In this document: piece after piece, positions 14,950-28,441 of the stretch
How the letters are laid out: each line of letters starts with the position of its first letter
Position numbering within the stretch: the first letter of the stretch is position 1
Assembly (NCBI GenBank): GCA_028534125.1
Contig: CM052816.1
Span: 62,188,001 to 62,252,000, forward strand
Source: Lama glama
Lineage: Eukaryota
Direction: 5' to 3'
DNA length: 64,000 nucleotides
Program-made: the position numbers and the translations under genes
The notes under the pieces: model-generated
What the model saw: only the letters and a program-made list of their open reading frames with translations
Told to the model about the DNA's origin: nothing
The model's database searches: none

Positions 14950-15930
14950 CTGAAGTTGTAAAGAAAGCTTTCAGGGAGAAATGAAATTTAAGGTGGATTT
15001 TGAAGAAAAGGTGTGGGATTTAGATAAGGAGAAAAGATGGGGGAAATATTCAACACAGAGGAAGCGGTATGAATAAAAGCACAAGAGGAGGGTTTACTTT
15101 TTTTTAAATTGAAGTATAGTCAGATTACATTGTGTCAGTTGCTGGTGTGCAGCACAGTGCTTCAGTCATATGTGAATATACAAGTATTTGTTTTCATATT
15201 AAGAGGAGGGTTTAAATGCACATAGTATGTATGGGGAATAAGCACATCAGTTTGGCTGGATCAGAGGGTTCATATAAGCAAATACTAATCAAGTAGATTG
15301 GAAAAGTGGGTTGGAGCCAGACTATAATAGGTCTTGAAATACCAGGCTAAGTATTTTGGACTGTATCCTATAAACAATAGAGAAAATTGATTTATTTTTC
15401 ATTTTAAAGTGGAAGTCTAGCAGTATTTTGAGAAGGTTAATCTAGTATCAGCGTATGGAACTGTTAGAACTTAGGAGTTAGAGTCGGAGAGAAGAGGAGA
15501 GGAGAAGTGAAGTAGAGGTTAGAATGAGAGACTATCCTCATTAAGGTAATGGAGTCTGGAATTCAAAAGCAGTAGTGAGAAAGGAAAGAAGAAGTTGTGA
15601 AACACGTAACAAAGGAAGACTTCATAGGAGGTGTTAAGACTGTCTCCAGAGTTTTACATTTAGGAGACTGAATAAGGATGGGATGGTGTTTGAATTATCA
15701 AAATCCAGAGGAGAAGCTGGTTTGGTGGGAAAATAATTGGCTTAGATTTAGATGTGTTACACTGAGGTGATAATAAGACTTCTGCAGAAGTCCTACAGGT
15801 AGTTATACATGCCAGGTCTGGAATTCAGTAAAGACATTAGGGCTTAAAATGTGGTCTGAGAATCCTCCTGGTAGAAGTGAAAGTTTAAGCCCTAGGAATA
15901 AATGATTCTCAGGGAGAATGTGTAGGACAC
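14950..15930 (-). mobile_element. Degraded LINE-2 fragment
   Basis: Purine-rich antisense L2-like text ('ggagccagactataataggtcttgaaataccaggctaagtattttggactgtatcct', 'agaggagaagctggtttggtggga'). Confidence 0.65.
15097..15200 (-). mobile_element. Short 5'-truncated L1 3' tail inserted in the L2
   Basis: T-run then 'aaattgaagtatagtcagattacattgtgtcagtt', flanked by a perfect 14-bp TSD aagaggagggttta (15083-15096, 15201-15214). Confidence 0.85.
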
Positions 15931-16559
15931 TCATTCTCCACCGAGGCCATGTCTCATCATCACGGGAGCAGTGGAGCTGGAGTCTCTGCCTGCCCCCTCT
16001 TCTAGTAACAGAAGACCTCTTTTCATTTTAGGAGCTGCCTCTGTTCCTCTCCCTATGATTCTGGTGGTGGGTGGGAGGAGGCTACAGTTATGAGGTCCCA
16101 CTTTTTCATCATAAAGGAGGGCCTGCAATCCAGTATGGACAATCAGAGCATCCATCTCCTAGATACAGTGACTGGTCCAAAAGTAGGGACATGACTCAGT
16201 GTCCTTTTAGTGTTCAGCCTGTAGACCAAGGTAAAGAGAGGCTAACTCTTCTCTATAGTCACTAACTGTGTGTCTGATGGGAACCAGAAGCTTCCTATAA
16301 CTCTCTTTTCCACCACATAAAGAAAGTCTGTCTGACTATGAAGCCACCTCACAGGGAAGCAGAGACAGGGTCCTAAGATGTCTTTTTAATCCCTAGGACC
16401 AGATTTTCCTGAATATAGTCCTATCACATGTCAGCTAACATGGCCACTTCATTTCTATGCCATCATACCACATTGGGGAGAGGGGGAGGGGAGAACTGAC
16501 AAAGGCTTCTTGACATTAATTGGCAAAGTCATCTTTTTTATTTACCTGTTTAGGTCTTT

Positions 16560-18560
16560 GTGATGATGGAATAGTTTTGTATCTTGATTCCAGTGGTAGT
16601 TACACAAAACTACGCATGTGATAAAATGACAGATCTACACATACTCATTGTATCATGTCAGTTTCCTGGTTTTGATATTGTGCTATAGTTATCTAACAGG
16701 TAAATAAACTGGGGAAAATAGGGTGAAGGTAGTATCTTTTCAACTTCCTGTAAATCTATAATTATTTCAAAGTAAAAATATTTTTAAATTGCTGTTTATA
16801 AGATTCACACTTAAATATGAAGATACAGAAAGGGGAAAAGTTAAAGGATGAGAAGCATATCCCATGCAACTAATAATAAAAATTAAGTTAAACAGATATG
16901 TTAATGTCAAAAAAAAGACTTTAACATTAAAGTGTTAGGGTGAGATAATGAGAGTCACTCCATGGTGGCAAAACTTTTTTAGAAACTATCTGATAACATA
17001 AACTCAAAATATATAAAGTAAAACTGACATAATCAAAAGGAGAACTAGACAAACCTACACTCATAATGGAAGACTTTAACATACTTTTCTCATTTATCAG
17101 TAGATTAAACTGTTAAAAAATTCAGTAGTAATCTAGATCCTTAGGACAACAAACTGACATGTGCCCAGGATTCTACAACTACAGAACGTATACATTTAGG
17201 AAAATAAAACTCCTTACTTGGTCATAAGGGAAGTTTCAACAATTTTCAAAGATTGAAAGCATTTGACTTTTTCCTTTGACTACAGTGCAGTTAAGTTTGA
17301 AATCAGAAATCACAGATAACTGGAAAATTCCCTATGTTTGTAAATTGATAAAAACATACTTATAATAGTTAATGTGTTAAATAACTCATAATGAAAATGT
17401 AAGAAAATATTTGTATTGGATGATGAAAGCACTATATGGCAAAACTTGTTTGATCCATCTAAATTAGTATCTAGAGGATGATTTAGGGCCTTAATTATTT
17501 GTATACGAGCAGAAGAACTAAATTAATGAGCTAAATACCCAAGTCAAGATTTTAGAAAAAGAAAAGCAGAGAAAAAACCTCAAAGAATATGTTAGGAAGA
17601 AAATAATAAAAACAAGAATAGTAATTAATGAAATGGTAAACAGACTGACAGTAGAAAGAATCGACAAGTCAAAAGTTGGTTTTTTGAAAGATTAATGCAT
17701 TTCACAAACCTCCAGCAAACAAATAAAAGACAAGGCATTTATAAACAATATCAGTGATTTTAAAAAGAGGTCATTACTACGGCTATTTCAGGCATAAAGA
17801 AGACAGTAAGAGGCTATTAGGAACAATTTTATGCTAACACACTCCAAAATTAGATAACAGAAAAATTCTTAGAAAAACCTATGTTAAGAAATTAAGACAA
17901 AATTTTCTTCACAAAGAAGAAATACAACCCCAGATGGCTTTACAGGCAAGTTTTCTCAAATATTTAAGCAAAAAATAACCTCAATCTTAAGAAAATCATT
18001 CTGGAACACAGAAAAGGAGGGAATATTCCTGACTTAACATATAATACTACCTAGTTTTGACAAGGAGAGTACAAGAAAGGAAAATTACAGATCAATCTCA
18101 CTCATTAACATATATGCAAAAGCCTAAACAAAACAGTAGCTGTCAAAGTCTATGTACGTAAATGTGAGTTATGTCATTACCAAGTTGAGTTTATTCCTTC
18201 TACGAAAGGTTGATTTAATATAAGAGAAGCAATAAATGTAATATTTCATATTATTAGCTCAAAGGAGAAAAATTATATAATGATTTTAACAGATAAAACT
18301 ATTTGATAAAATTCAACATAAACTGTCGACAAGCGATCTGGAAAATAGAAGGAAAATTACTGAAACCCTGAAAACATTCCCTTTAAGATTAAAAAAGCTA
18401 TAAGGTGCCTGCATCATTGCATTCAACACTGGATTAGAGACCCCAGCCAGGATGCTAATGTAAAAAGAAATAAAATAAGTAAGGGTTGGAAAAAAATTAT
18501 TCTATCTATGAAGAACCTAAAGTATTCTACAAATAAATTGTTATCATTAAAAGAAGTAAA
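16560..18560 (+). mobile_element. Old LINE-1 remnant (3'UTR piece then degraded ORF2)
   Basis: A-rich sense L1 text, e.g. 'aaaagttggttttttgaaaagattaat', 'ccccagatggctttacaggcaagttt' and 'atttgataaaattcaaca'. Confidence 0.8.
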
Positions 18561-18949
18561 ACATGCTCATAGTTAAAAAACTAGATGACATAAGAGGAAA
18601 AAAACTTATCTATATTCTTAATATCCAGAATAGACCAGATGTAACATGTTGGTATATTTTCCTGTAATTTTTTTCTTCTGTGTATTTAAAAAAATCTTTT
18701 TACATATCTAACATTGTATTATACCTATGCAGACTTGTACCCTTGCTTTTCATTTTAGCCTTGCATTTTTCCTTGTTTTAAAAAATTATTTTAAAAATTA
18801 GTTTGTGGATGTTATATTTTCTTGTATGGATGATAATAATTACTTATTAATTTTCCTAATGTTTAGGGAGTTTTCAAATGTTTCTGCTGTAAACAGCCTT
18901 CTGGTAAAGGGCTTTGTCTTCATGGCAGAGTATGTCCTTTTGATATCCT

Positions 18950-19765
18950 TTTTTTTTTTAACCTTATTTTAATTGAACTATAGTTAATTTACAATGTTGT
19001 GATAATTTCAGGTGTACAGCAAAGTATTTTTTTCAGATTTTCAGATTCCTTTTCAGATTCTTTTCCACTATAGGTTATTGCAAGATATTAGATGCAGTTC
19101 CCTGTGCTATACAGTAGATCCTGTTGTTTATCAATTATATATATAGTATTGTGTATATGTTAATACCAAACTCTTAATTTATCCCTCTCCTCCCTGCTGC
19201 TTTCACCTTTAATAACCATAAGTTTGTTTTCTATGTCTGTGAGTCTATTTCCATTTTGTAAATAAATTCATTTGTATCATTTTTAAGGGTCCACATATAA
19301 GTGATATCATATGATATTTATTTTTCTCTGTCTGACTGACTTCACTTAATATGATCATTTCTAGGTCCATTCATGTTGCTGCAAATGGCATTATTTCATT
19401 CTTTTTTATGGCTGAGTTATTCCATTGTATATAAATACCACAACTTCATTATCCATTCATCTGTCGATGAACATTTAGGTTGCTTCCATGTCTTAGCTAT
19501 TGTAAATAGCGCTGCTATGAACACTGGGGTGCATGTATCTTTTCAAATTAGAGTTTTCTTTGCATATATGCCCAGGAGTGGGATTGCTGGATCATATGGT
19601 AACTCTATTTTTAGTTTTTTGGGTAATCTCCATACTGTTTTCCATAGTGGCTGCACTAATTTATATTCCCACCAACAGTGTAGAAGGGTCCTTTTTCTCC
19701 ATACCCTCTCCAGCATTTATTATTTGTAGACTTGTTAATGATGGCCATTCTGACTGATGTGAGGT
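18950..19765 (-). mobile_element. LINE-1 3' end (ORF2 C-terminus and 3'UTR), artiodactyl type
   Basis: Poly-T, then 'aattgaactatagttaatttacaatgttgtg' ... 'cccaggagtgggattgctggatcatatggtaactctattt'. Confidence 0.92.
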
Positions 19766-22520
19766 CTTTTAAGGTCCATAAAGGTTCTAAAAACCCTTAA
19801 TAAATATTTACCAAATTGCTCTCCAAACTGTGTCACATTAATTAAACTGAAACCATCAGATAATATGCTTTCAACTTATGAAACCCAACAATTTAATATT
19901 ATCATTTGAATTGAATTTGAGTATCATTTATCTTTACTATTTTGACAATAGAGTTTTAAAAATAAACTTTATTTTTGGAGCAGTTAGATTCAGAGTAAAA
20001 TTGAGAGGAAGGTACAGAGAGTACCCACATGCTCTCTGTCCCCACATGCATAGCTTCATCCCCCATTGTCAGCATTCTCCACCAGAGTGGTACTTTCTTT
20101 ACAATTAATGAACATAGACAATAGGAATTTACATGCTATTTTAGTTGGAATTTCCTTGGTTACTAGTGAGGTTGAATATCTTTCATATTTCTGACCCACT
20201 CATACTTTTCTGTGTATTTTTTATCTCCTTTCCCCATTTATGTATGATATTTCAAGTATGTGTATGATTTAAAAATTGGTCAAGTTCAGATTACAGTAAG
20301 AATATTATCATTTCTCTATATTTGTTGTAAGTTGTTTTCTAGTTTTGATCTTTTGCTTTCTACTCACAAATAATATTTTTTATTTTCTTTCAAAAGATGT
20401 ATAGCAAAAATGGATTACTATTTTATTCTACCTACATTTCTGTTTTTAGTGAAAATCATTATTTTGTTTCAGAGGAATTGAGAACCATTAGAATCATATA
20501 TACAGAGACCCAAAAACAGGACATAGAAGAAAGAAAAGAAGGTAGTTTTAAAGCCAGGAAAAGCCACAGGGATTCAAGAGTTTCAAATATAAATCAAGGT
20601 GATGACAGGTTTATTTTTTCATTCATTCATTTATTTGAAAAGATATCAGAAAGTGCCCACCATACATCTAGCCTTGTGCACATGGTAAACCCTTGGAAGA
20701 AGAGTGATTCTTTTGAGAGCAAAACCACTCTAGTTGCTCCCATCTAACCTTTTCAAGATCATGACAAATGAAAGTGAGAGAGGGCAAAGGGATTAAGCTC
20801 TGGCCAACTCTTAAGTCTCCACAGTCTTAGGAGGAAGAGAGTCTAAAAAATGCAGAGAAGAAGAAAAAGTGAAGGCTGGCTGGGCTGACACAGCTCTTTT
20901 TAATGTTCTAGTCACATGGCAAAATGAGAGGTGACGGAAGTGTCCTCATCTCTGCTACACCGTTTAACCAGGTGTAGTGATTACTGCCATCTGGAAGTGG
21001 CCAGTCAGATGTCCCCATGCCTGGTCAATAGTAACAGTCATTTTTCTGAAGGTGGCATGAATGTGTGTTTGTGAGCATGTGCACTTCATGGGGAGGACTG
21101 GAGAGAGCATTCAGTTTCTTCCCTCTAGAAGCCAACATTTCTCCACTTTTTTTAAAAAAAATTTTTCCTCTTAACTAATGGGCTTAAAATTTGCCCACTG
21201 TTTTATCAAGGGTATAATTTTATTTCCTTTGGAGAGAAAGAGATCGAAGGACTATCAGAGAATTCCTGTCCATAATTTCGTGTGGTTGCTTCCTCAGTTT
21301 TTGCCACTGTTCCTTCTAATCAGGGATGTCTGATACTTCTAAAATGGTCGAAACTCATACAGTAGTCAATTTGAGTCTTCCTTAAACGCTAGGCTGAGAA
21401 TTCACCTCCAACTCATAGAACAAAGATATAACCAGATAACAAAATAGTACAAATAATATGAAATTAGCAGCATTAATTTTCTGAAATTTAAAATGTAAAA
21501 GTCTGAGTTCTTCTTCTATTGTAAGATTCCTTTGGAGAAACTTAACCCTCTCCCCCTCTCCTTAGTAAATTACCTCTTCTAGTTCTTACTCTGCCACTGA
21601 AATTTTAGTAGCTTCTTTATCAGCCCCTAATCCAACCTCAAATCTCTCATCTATGCATACAGATTTAAAAAGTTCATTGTATTCCAGACAAAAATAAGTG
21701 AAAAGAGACCTACACTCACGCACCTGCTTACAATACCTTTCACCTATTAGGATAAACATATTACAAGCACAAAGGTAAGAAAATGGATTAATTATAAAAT
21801 GACAAAAATCAGGCTGATCTAAGATTTCTTTTTGCAATTTTAAATACCAGAGGACAATTATGTTCTACAGTAATTTTCCAAATTTTATACTCAAATATTT
21901 TTATATATGAGGGTAAAAGAAAGAGATATTATTATCTATAATGACATATACTTTTCTCAATAAAATTATTGATAGATGAAGCAGAATCAAGAGTTCGAGT
22001 GGAAAGTATAAAAAACAAAGTTAAATTTGATTAATTTCAGTTGATCTGATTATATAACTAATCTTGAAAGAGGCAGTATGTGGTATAAATATAACACGAT
22101 AGCAAAAATAAAACACAATCTAGACTTCACGCCTCTGACTTTGTTAACCAAAGCTGAGAACTATGAATGTGAGAAGAATGTGGATGAACATGAAACCAGC
22201 CCAAATGGAGCGAGATGTAAGCGATCGTGATACATCTTGTTATTAACTTATCTAGAAAAAGAAGTTTTATGGTATAAATATACCACGCGGTAAAATAATG
22301 CAATCATAGTGTAGACCTCAAATCTCAGATACTGTTATGAAAAGCTGAGGACTAGTGGGGAGGAGGACGTGGTGTTACAATGTGTTATAACAACAATGGC
22401 ATACTGAGAGAGAGAGAGAGGAGTCTCATATAATCAGTGATATTGTTTAGAATTGCCAGTGCATGGTAATAATAAAAAGTGGACCAACTTTAAGTTGATT
22501 TTATTCTTGTTTTTAAATTT

Positions 22521-23052
22521 TGTTGGGGAGGAAGAAAACTTTCATCCACCCTTCTGGGTTCTTCTGGCTGGTCTAAGAATTAATGAAATAGATTAACAGG
22601 AGAAAAATCAAATTTAATTTTGTGTGTACAGGCACCCTATGCTCAAGAGAAGTTTAGAGATAGAAAGGTAAAATGAGGTAAGTGTGCCAGCCTGAGCTAA
22701 GGAATGGGGTAGGGTCCTGGGGTTTCTCAAGGACAGGAGAGTAATTCACAGGAAGATAAAAAGAAGAGCAGATGTTGAGTAATTAGACGTTTACCCTGCC
22801 TTAGAGTGGGGACCACTTAGATAAAATTTATCTCTGGAAATAACCCTTTTTTAATTAAATTGAAGTATAGTCAGTTTACAATGTTGTGTCGGTAATAACC
22901 CTTTGTGAAAATCTCCAATTAAAGTCCCCCCAGTTAGTTAAGGGAGGGGCGATAGTTTCTCTTGAATCTGTAGAGTCTAAATTGCCTTTAGCTCAAAATA
23001 ATTCTCATGCCTAAGTGGCACATTTTGGGGATTCTCTAAATATTCCCCTACA
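22521..23052. mobile_element. Solo ERV LTR
   Basis: TG...CA termini with inverted ends (tgttggggag / ttcccctaca), about 530 bp, flanked by a near-perfect 4-bp TSD (attt/attc). Confidence 0.75.
22850..22893 (-). mobile_element. 44-bp L1 3' tail nested in the solo LTR
   Basis: 'ttaattaaattgaagtatagtcagtttacaatgttgtgtc' flanked by an 11-bp TSD aataacccttt (22839-22849, 22894-22904). Confidence 0.8.
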
Positions 23053-24369
23053 ATTCTCTAAATCATTTAAATTTCCTAAACCCATTCAAACTGCTCCCTC
23101 AGACCACCTTCTATTAATATGCCAATGGCCTTAAACAGGGGAAATTTAAATATATTGTTTAGTATCAACTTTAATAGAAAGCAATATAAATGAAATAATG
23201 CCTTTGAGGATGCCAGTAATAGAATTTAAAAAAACTTCCAAAACACTGGAAAATTTAAAGTAAAGGGGAAGAGGGGAGACTTCTAGTAAATGGCTGTGGA
23301 GCGACATTATTATATGAACCTCATAGCAGACAATAATTATAATAACTGGATAAAATATTTTAAAATGCAATAAATTAAAGGTACTGGGAAGCATCTGAAA
23401 TAGAAGCCAGAAAAAAGTTTTCTCCAGAAGGAATGAGAATCGCAAGATTCTGACTTGGACAGGGAAGGGCTTGGCCTGAAGGTTCTTCCTAATCCCCAAG
23501 ACTACAGAGCAGGGAAACCACAGATGTAAACCTGTCTTACCAGCTCAGGGTGCCAGATCAGACTTCAGAGTTGAAAAAGCAGCTAGAAATATCAGGAGAA
23601 ATTTTGAGTGGGACAGTAATAAAGAGTAAGACCCAAAATCTAAATTCCTGGGTGACAGCTCAACTCATGTATGGAGTAGACTCTAGGGAACGCAGCAAAA
23701 AATACAGAGACTTGAGAAAAATAGAGCTTACCAGGTAAGAGCTGTGAATTTGCTGTCTCTTTTTTTTTTTTTGTAATAAAACCAAGTACATTTCCCAATT
23801 GTGTGTAGTTTGTGCAGGACAAGAAAATTTAGGGCTTGAAGAAATAGAGAACAGAGCTTGAAGATTGTAGATTATCTTAGAGAGGGGAGTGAGTTCCCTA
23901 GAAGCAAGACAACTTTAGGGTACACCTGCAAATATGCATATAATGTCTGTCCAAATCCTTGGATGACTGAAATTACAGAGGTACAGGGTGTGCCCCAGGC
24001 TAATATAGGCGTAACCACAAACCATAAGATTAGAACAGATGTATCAGCAATGGCATAATGCAGAGGAGACTGTTTCAATTTGAATTTAGGCAAGTTAATT
24101 ACCCAAGAGACCAAAAAGACAACAATCTACAGATGAACACAACAGAATTCTAAGTCACTACACCATGTTATCATATAGTGTCTAGTTTCCAACCAAACAT
24201 TACTAGACATGCAAAGAAATAGGAAAGTGTGGCCCACACTCAGGAGAAATGGGAGTCAATGGAAAATGGGTCCAGATGTTGACTAAGAAGATCAGGACTT
24301 CAAAGCAACTACTATACTCATAAAATTAAAGAAAAATTATTCAATCAACTAAAAATAAATGTTCTTCTT

Positions 24370-26215
24370 GGTCAGATTTTTTGGGAAGTTTTGGTACTTT
24401 CTTCTTCCCAGTGAATTTTAGGATTGGTTAGTCAATTTCTGCAGAAGCACCTGCAGGGACAGTGCTAGGGATTAGACTGAAACTGTAGATCATTTTGATC
24501 TCTTAATAAAACTGAGTCTTTAAATCTATGGACATAGAATGTCCCTCTTCATTCACAGGTGGTCCTCCGAATGCTCAAGGTCTGCGCCCATGAATTCAAC
24601 CAAATGTGGTTTGAAAATACATGAAAAAAATTTCAGACACTTCTAAAAAGCAAAACTCGAGTTTACCGTGCACTGGCAACTATTTACATAGTCTTTATAT
24701 TGTATTTACAACTATTTACATAGCGTTTACATCGCCTTAGGAATTATAAATAATCTAGAGATGATTTAAAGAATATGGGAGGCCATGTGTAGGTTATATG
24801 CAAATACTACACCATTTTATATAAGGAATTTGAGTGCCCACCAATTTTGGTATGTGAACCAGACTCGAATTAATTGCCCGAAGATACTGGGAGATGACTA
24901 TATTTAGATTATTAATTTTTCTCAACAATGTTTTGTAGTTTTTAGTGTATGTCTCCTACTTTTGTTACATTTATTCCTACATATTTTGTTCTTTTGATGC
25001 TATTATGAATGGAATTGTATTCTTAAATTCATTTTCAGAGTGATTTTTTTTATATAAGATTGATTTTTGCAAACTGTTCTTGTATCCTATGATTTTGCTG
25101 AACTCCTTTATTAGTTCAAATAATTGTTTTTGTATGTGGATTTCTTAGACTTTTCTACAAACAGGATCATATCGTATGCCGATAAAAAGCATCTTACTTC
25201 TTTCCTTTCAATCTGGATGTCTTTTATTTCTTTTTCCTGCTTGATTGTACTGGTTAGAACACCCAGTTTAATGCTGGATAGAAATGGTGAGAGTGGATAT
25301 CCTTGCCTTGTTCCTAATCTTATGGGGAAAGCATTCAGACTCTTAACAAGAAGTACAATATTAACTGTAAGCTTTACAGAGATTGCCTTTATCAAGTTGA
25401 GTAAGTTCATTTCTACTTCGCATTTGTTGAGACTAGGCACTGGATTTTCAAATGCTTTTTCTGTGTCTACTGAGGTGTGTGTTTTGTCATTTATTCTCAT
25501 AATCTGCCATATGACATTGATTATTTTCTCCCTTGCACCCTTTCTTCCCTTGCTCTTTTTCTCCTTTTATTTTTCTTATAGCGTTTTCCAGGACCTCCAA
25601 TAATCTGAATCAGTGGTGGTGACAGGCGTCAGCCTTCTCTTATTTTTGACCTTATAGAAAACACATTTAAATTTGGTTTACTATGTAAATCTTTGCTGTT
25701 GGTTCACCAAGCAGAGATAGGTCCCTTTATTTCTTAGATTTTTATAAACATTTAATAATACATACTACTGAACTTTATCAAATACTGTTTTTTTGCATCA
25801 CTCGCCATAGTCATTTCAGTTTTATATTTCAATATATTAACATGGTGAATTACACAATTAGATTTTGCTGGTGCTAAACCATGCTTACATTCTTGGTATA
25901 AAAATCTAAATGATGTAATTTTGAAATGTACTATTGGATTTAGTTATTTTTAAGTGATTTTATACCCACATTCATAAATCATACAAGTAGTATACAATTT
26001 TTCCTTTTTCTACTGTTATCTGGTTTAGGAATCATGATTATACTAGCCTCATGTAAAAGCTGGGCAGCTTTGGATAACTCATCTGCTAAACATTCTTGGC
26101 CCGTAGCTTTTTGGAAGGAAATATGTTTGTCCACCATTTCAATTTCTTTAATGTTCACTTACTTGTTCAAGTTTTATTTTTATTTCATCAGATTTGTCAC
26201 TATATTCTTCTAAAT
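24370..26215 (-). mobile_element. Old LINE-1 ORF2 (RT region) fragments
   Basis: The minus ORF at 25111-25500 translates to 'AFPIRLGTRQGYPLSPFL...LSAYDMILF', a degenerate L1 RT (GTRQGCPLSP / FADDMI motifs). Confidence 0.88.
24556..24900. mobile_element. MER2-like Tigger MITE nested in L1
   Basis: 'gaattcaaccaaatgtggtttgaaaata...ggcaactatttacatag...aatctagagatgatttaaag...aggttatatgcaaatactacaccattttatataagg' resembles MER2. Confidence 0.75.
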
Positions 26216-27088
26216 GTATCCATTTAATCCAGGTTCAATTGAGCAAATGACCAACTGGCAATATTCCAAGAGGCTGCAGTACAGGGGGAGGGATACTTTA
26301 TTGATTAACTGGGATTCCATCATTCATAATAACTGCTGTAAAATACAATTCAATATAAGCCCTAGTTTCTCCCTTACTCTCTCCACAAGAAATGTCAGAG
26401 CCCACAGCACAACAGAATACAGCATTTCAGTCTCGTAATATTAGATACGATAGAAAACTACAACTGAAGAATCATGCGGTATGTCAGAGATTGCAAAGTG
26501 CCTAGATTCTAAGTAAATATGAAGGAAGGAAAGGCACATTAGGATTAGGGTTGAGGCAGAGAAAGGCCTGCAGGATTATGGCAAAGACTGGAAAGAAAGG
26601 GACCAGGAGGAGGTGAAGGCATCTGGGGTAGTGTCCCTGAGGGCATCCGATGATTCTGTTCATTTCATCCCCCGCTCCACTCACAGGTGCCTGGAATAAG
26701 GGTGTTTAATTATGCTGTTAATGGGTAAATGGAAGGATGAGAGAGAGAGAGTGCTTTTTCACACCAACCATTTGTGTGATCTTAGACAAAGACTTACACT
26801 TCTTATGCCTATTTCATCATTTGTAAAAAGAGAATTGCTTTTTTCTTCACCAAAGTTGAAAGAGGTAATTTTGTGGAAAGTATTTATCCCTGTGCCTAGT
26901 TTATGTAAGCACTTAATAATTGGCAGTTTAAAAAATTTCCCTTTTCTGTAGTATAAAATTGCCAGGGGTCAGTGAGACATCTATAACTACTAATAGTCAG
27001 AAACTAAATTTTGTAGCACATCTTTTCTTCCTCCTTTGCCAAGACTGTTAACACTAGTAACCCCAGAATGATCAAAACAGGCCCTCTT

Positions 27089-27438
27089 AAGCTTCTGCAC
27101 AGCAAGGAAAACCATAAGTAAAAAAAAAGACAACCTACGGAATGGGAGAAAATTTTTGCAAATGAAACTGACAAAGGCTTGATCTCCAGAATATATAAGC
27201 AGCTTATATGACCTAATAAGAAACAAAAACCCAATCCAAAAATGGGTGAAAGACCTAAATAAGCAACTCTCCAAGGAAGACATACAAATGATCAAAAAGC
27301 ACATGAAAAAATGCTCAATATCACTAATTATCAGAGAAAGGCAAATTAAAACTACAGTGAGGTATCACCTCACACCAGTCAGAATAGCCATCATTCAAAA
27401 GTCCACAAATGACAAATGCTGGAGAGGCTGTGGAGAAA
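27089..27438 (+). mobile_element. Young LINE-1 ORF2 3' segment running into a gap
   Basis: Translates '[56 protein letters not shown]', the ORF2 C-terminal cysteine-rich region. Confidence 0.92.
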
Positions 27439-27938
27439 NNNNNNNNNNNNNNNNNNNNNNNNNNNNNNNNNNNNNNNNNNNNNNNNNNNNNNNNNNNNNN
27501 NNNNNNNNNNNNNNNNNNNNNNNNNNNNNNNNNNNNNNNNNNNNNNNNNNNNNNNNNNNNNNNNNNNNNNNNNNNNNNNNNNNNNNNNNNNNNNNNNNNN
27601 NNNNNNNNNNNNNNNNNNNNNNNNNNNNNNNNNNNNNNNNNNNNNNNNNNNNNNNNNNNNNNNNNNNNNNNNNNNNNNNNNNNNNNNNNNNNNNNNNNNN
27701 NNNNNNNNNNNNNNNNNNNNNNNNNNNNNNNNNNNNNNNNNNNNNNNNNNNNNNNNNNNNNNNNNNNNNNNNNNNNNNNNNNNNNNNNNNNNNNNNNNNN
27801 NNNNNNNNNNNNNNNNNNNNNNNNNNNNNNNNNNNNNNNNNNNNNNNNNNNNNNNNNNNNNNNNNNNNNNNNNNNNNNNNNNNNNNNNNNNNNNNNNNNN
27901 NNNNNNNNNNNNNNNNNNNNNNNNNNNNNNNNNNNNNN
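27439..27938. other. Assembly gap (500 N)
   Basis: Run of N. Confidence 1.
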
Positions 27939-28226
27939 TGCAGAAGCTTGTAAGTTTCATTAGGTCCCATTTGTTTATTCTTGCTTTTATTTCTTCTAGG
28001 AGAAAATTTTTGAAATGTATGTCAGATAATGTTTTGCCTATGTTTTCCTCTAGGAGGTTTATTGTATCTTGTCTTATGTTTAAGTCTTTAATCCATTTTG
28101 AGTTGAGTTTTGTATATGGTGTAAGGGTGTGTTCTAGCTTCATTGTTTTACATGCTGCTGTCCAGTTTTCCCAACACCATTTGCTGAAGAGACTGTCTTT
28201 GTTCCATTGTATATTCTTGCCTCCTT
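27939..28226 (-). mobile_element. Young LINE-1 ORF2 segment, orientation opposite to 27089-27438
   Basis: Minus strand translates '[52 protein letters not shown]'. Confidence 0.92.
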
Positions 28227-28296
28227 AAGTCTTTTTTTTTTAATATTAATGTAGCTATATCAGCTTTCCTTTGGTTAGTGTTTTCAGGGTATTTTC

Positions 28297-28441
28297 TTTA
28301 CCATTCTTTTCAACTTTTGTTACCCTTGTATTTAAAATGTAGTTCTTATAATCAGATTATAATAGGGTTTTACCATTCTTTTCAACTTTTGATACTCTTG
28401 TATTTAAAATGTATTTCTTGTAAGCAGATTATAATAGGGTT
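28297..28441 (+). repeat. Tandem duplication of a ~73-bp unit
   Basis: Two adjacent near-identical copies of 'tttaccattctttttcaactttt..cttgtatttaaaatgta.ttctt.taa.cagattataatagggttt'. Confidence 0.85.

Noticed and set aside
27246..28228. Long ORFs spanning the N runs (also 62836-63745)
   Set aside because: Artefacts of translating through assembly gaps; the real parts are L1.
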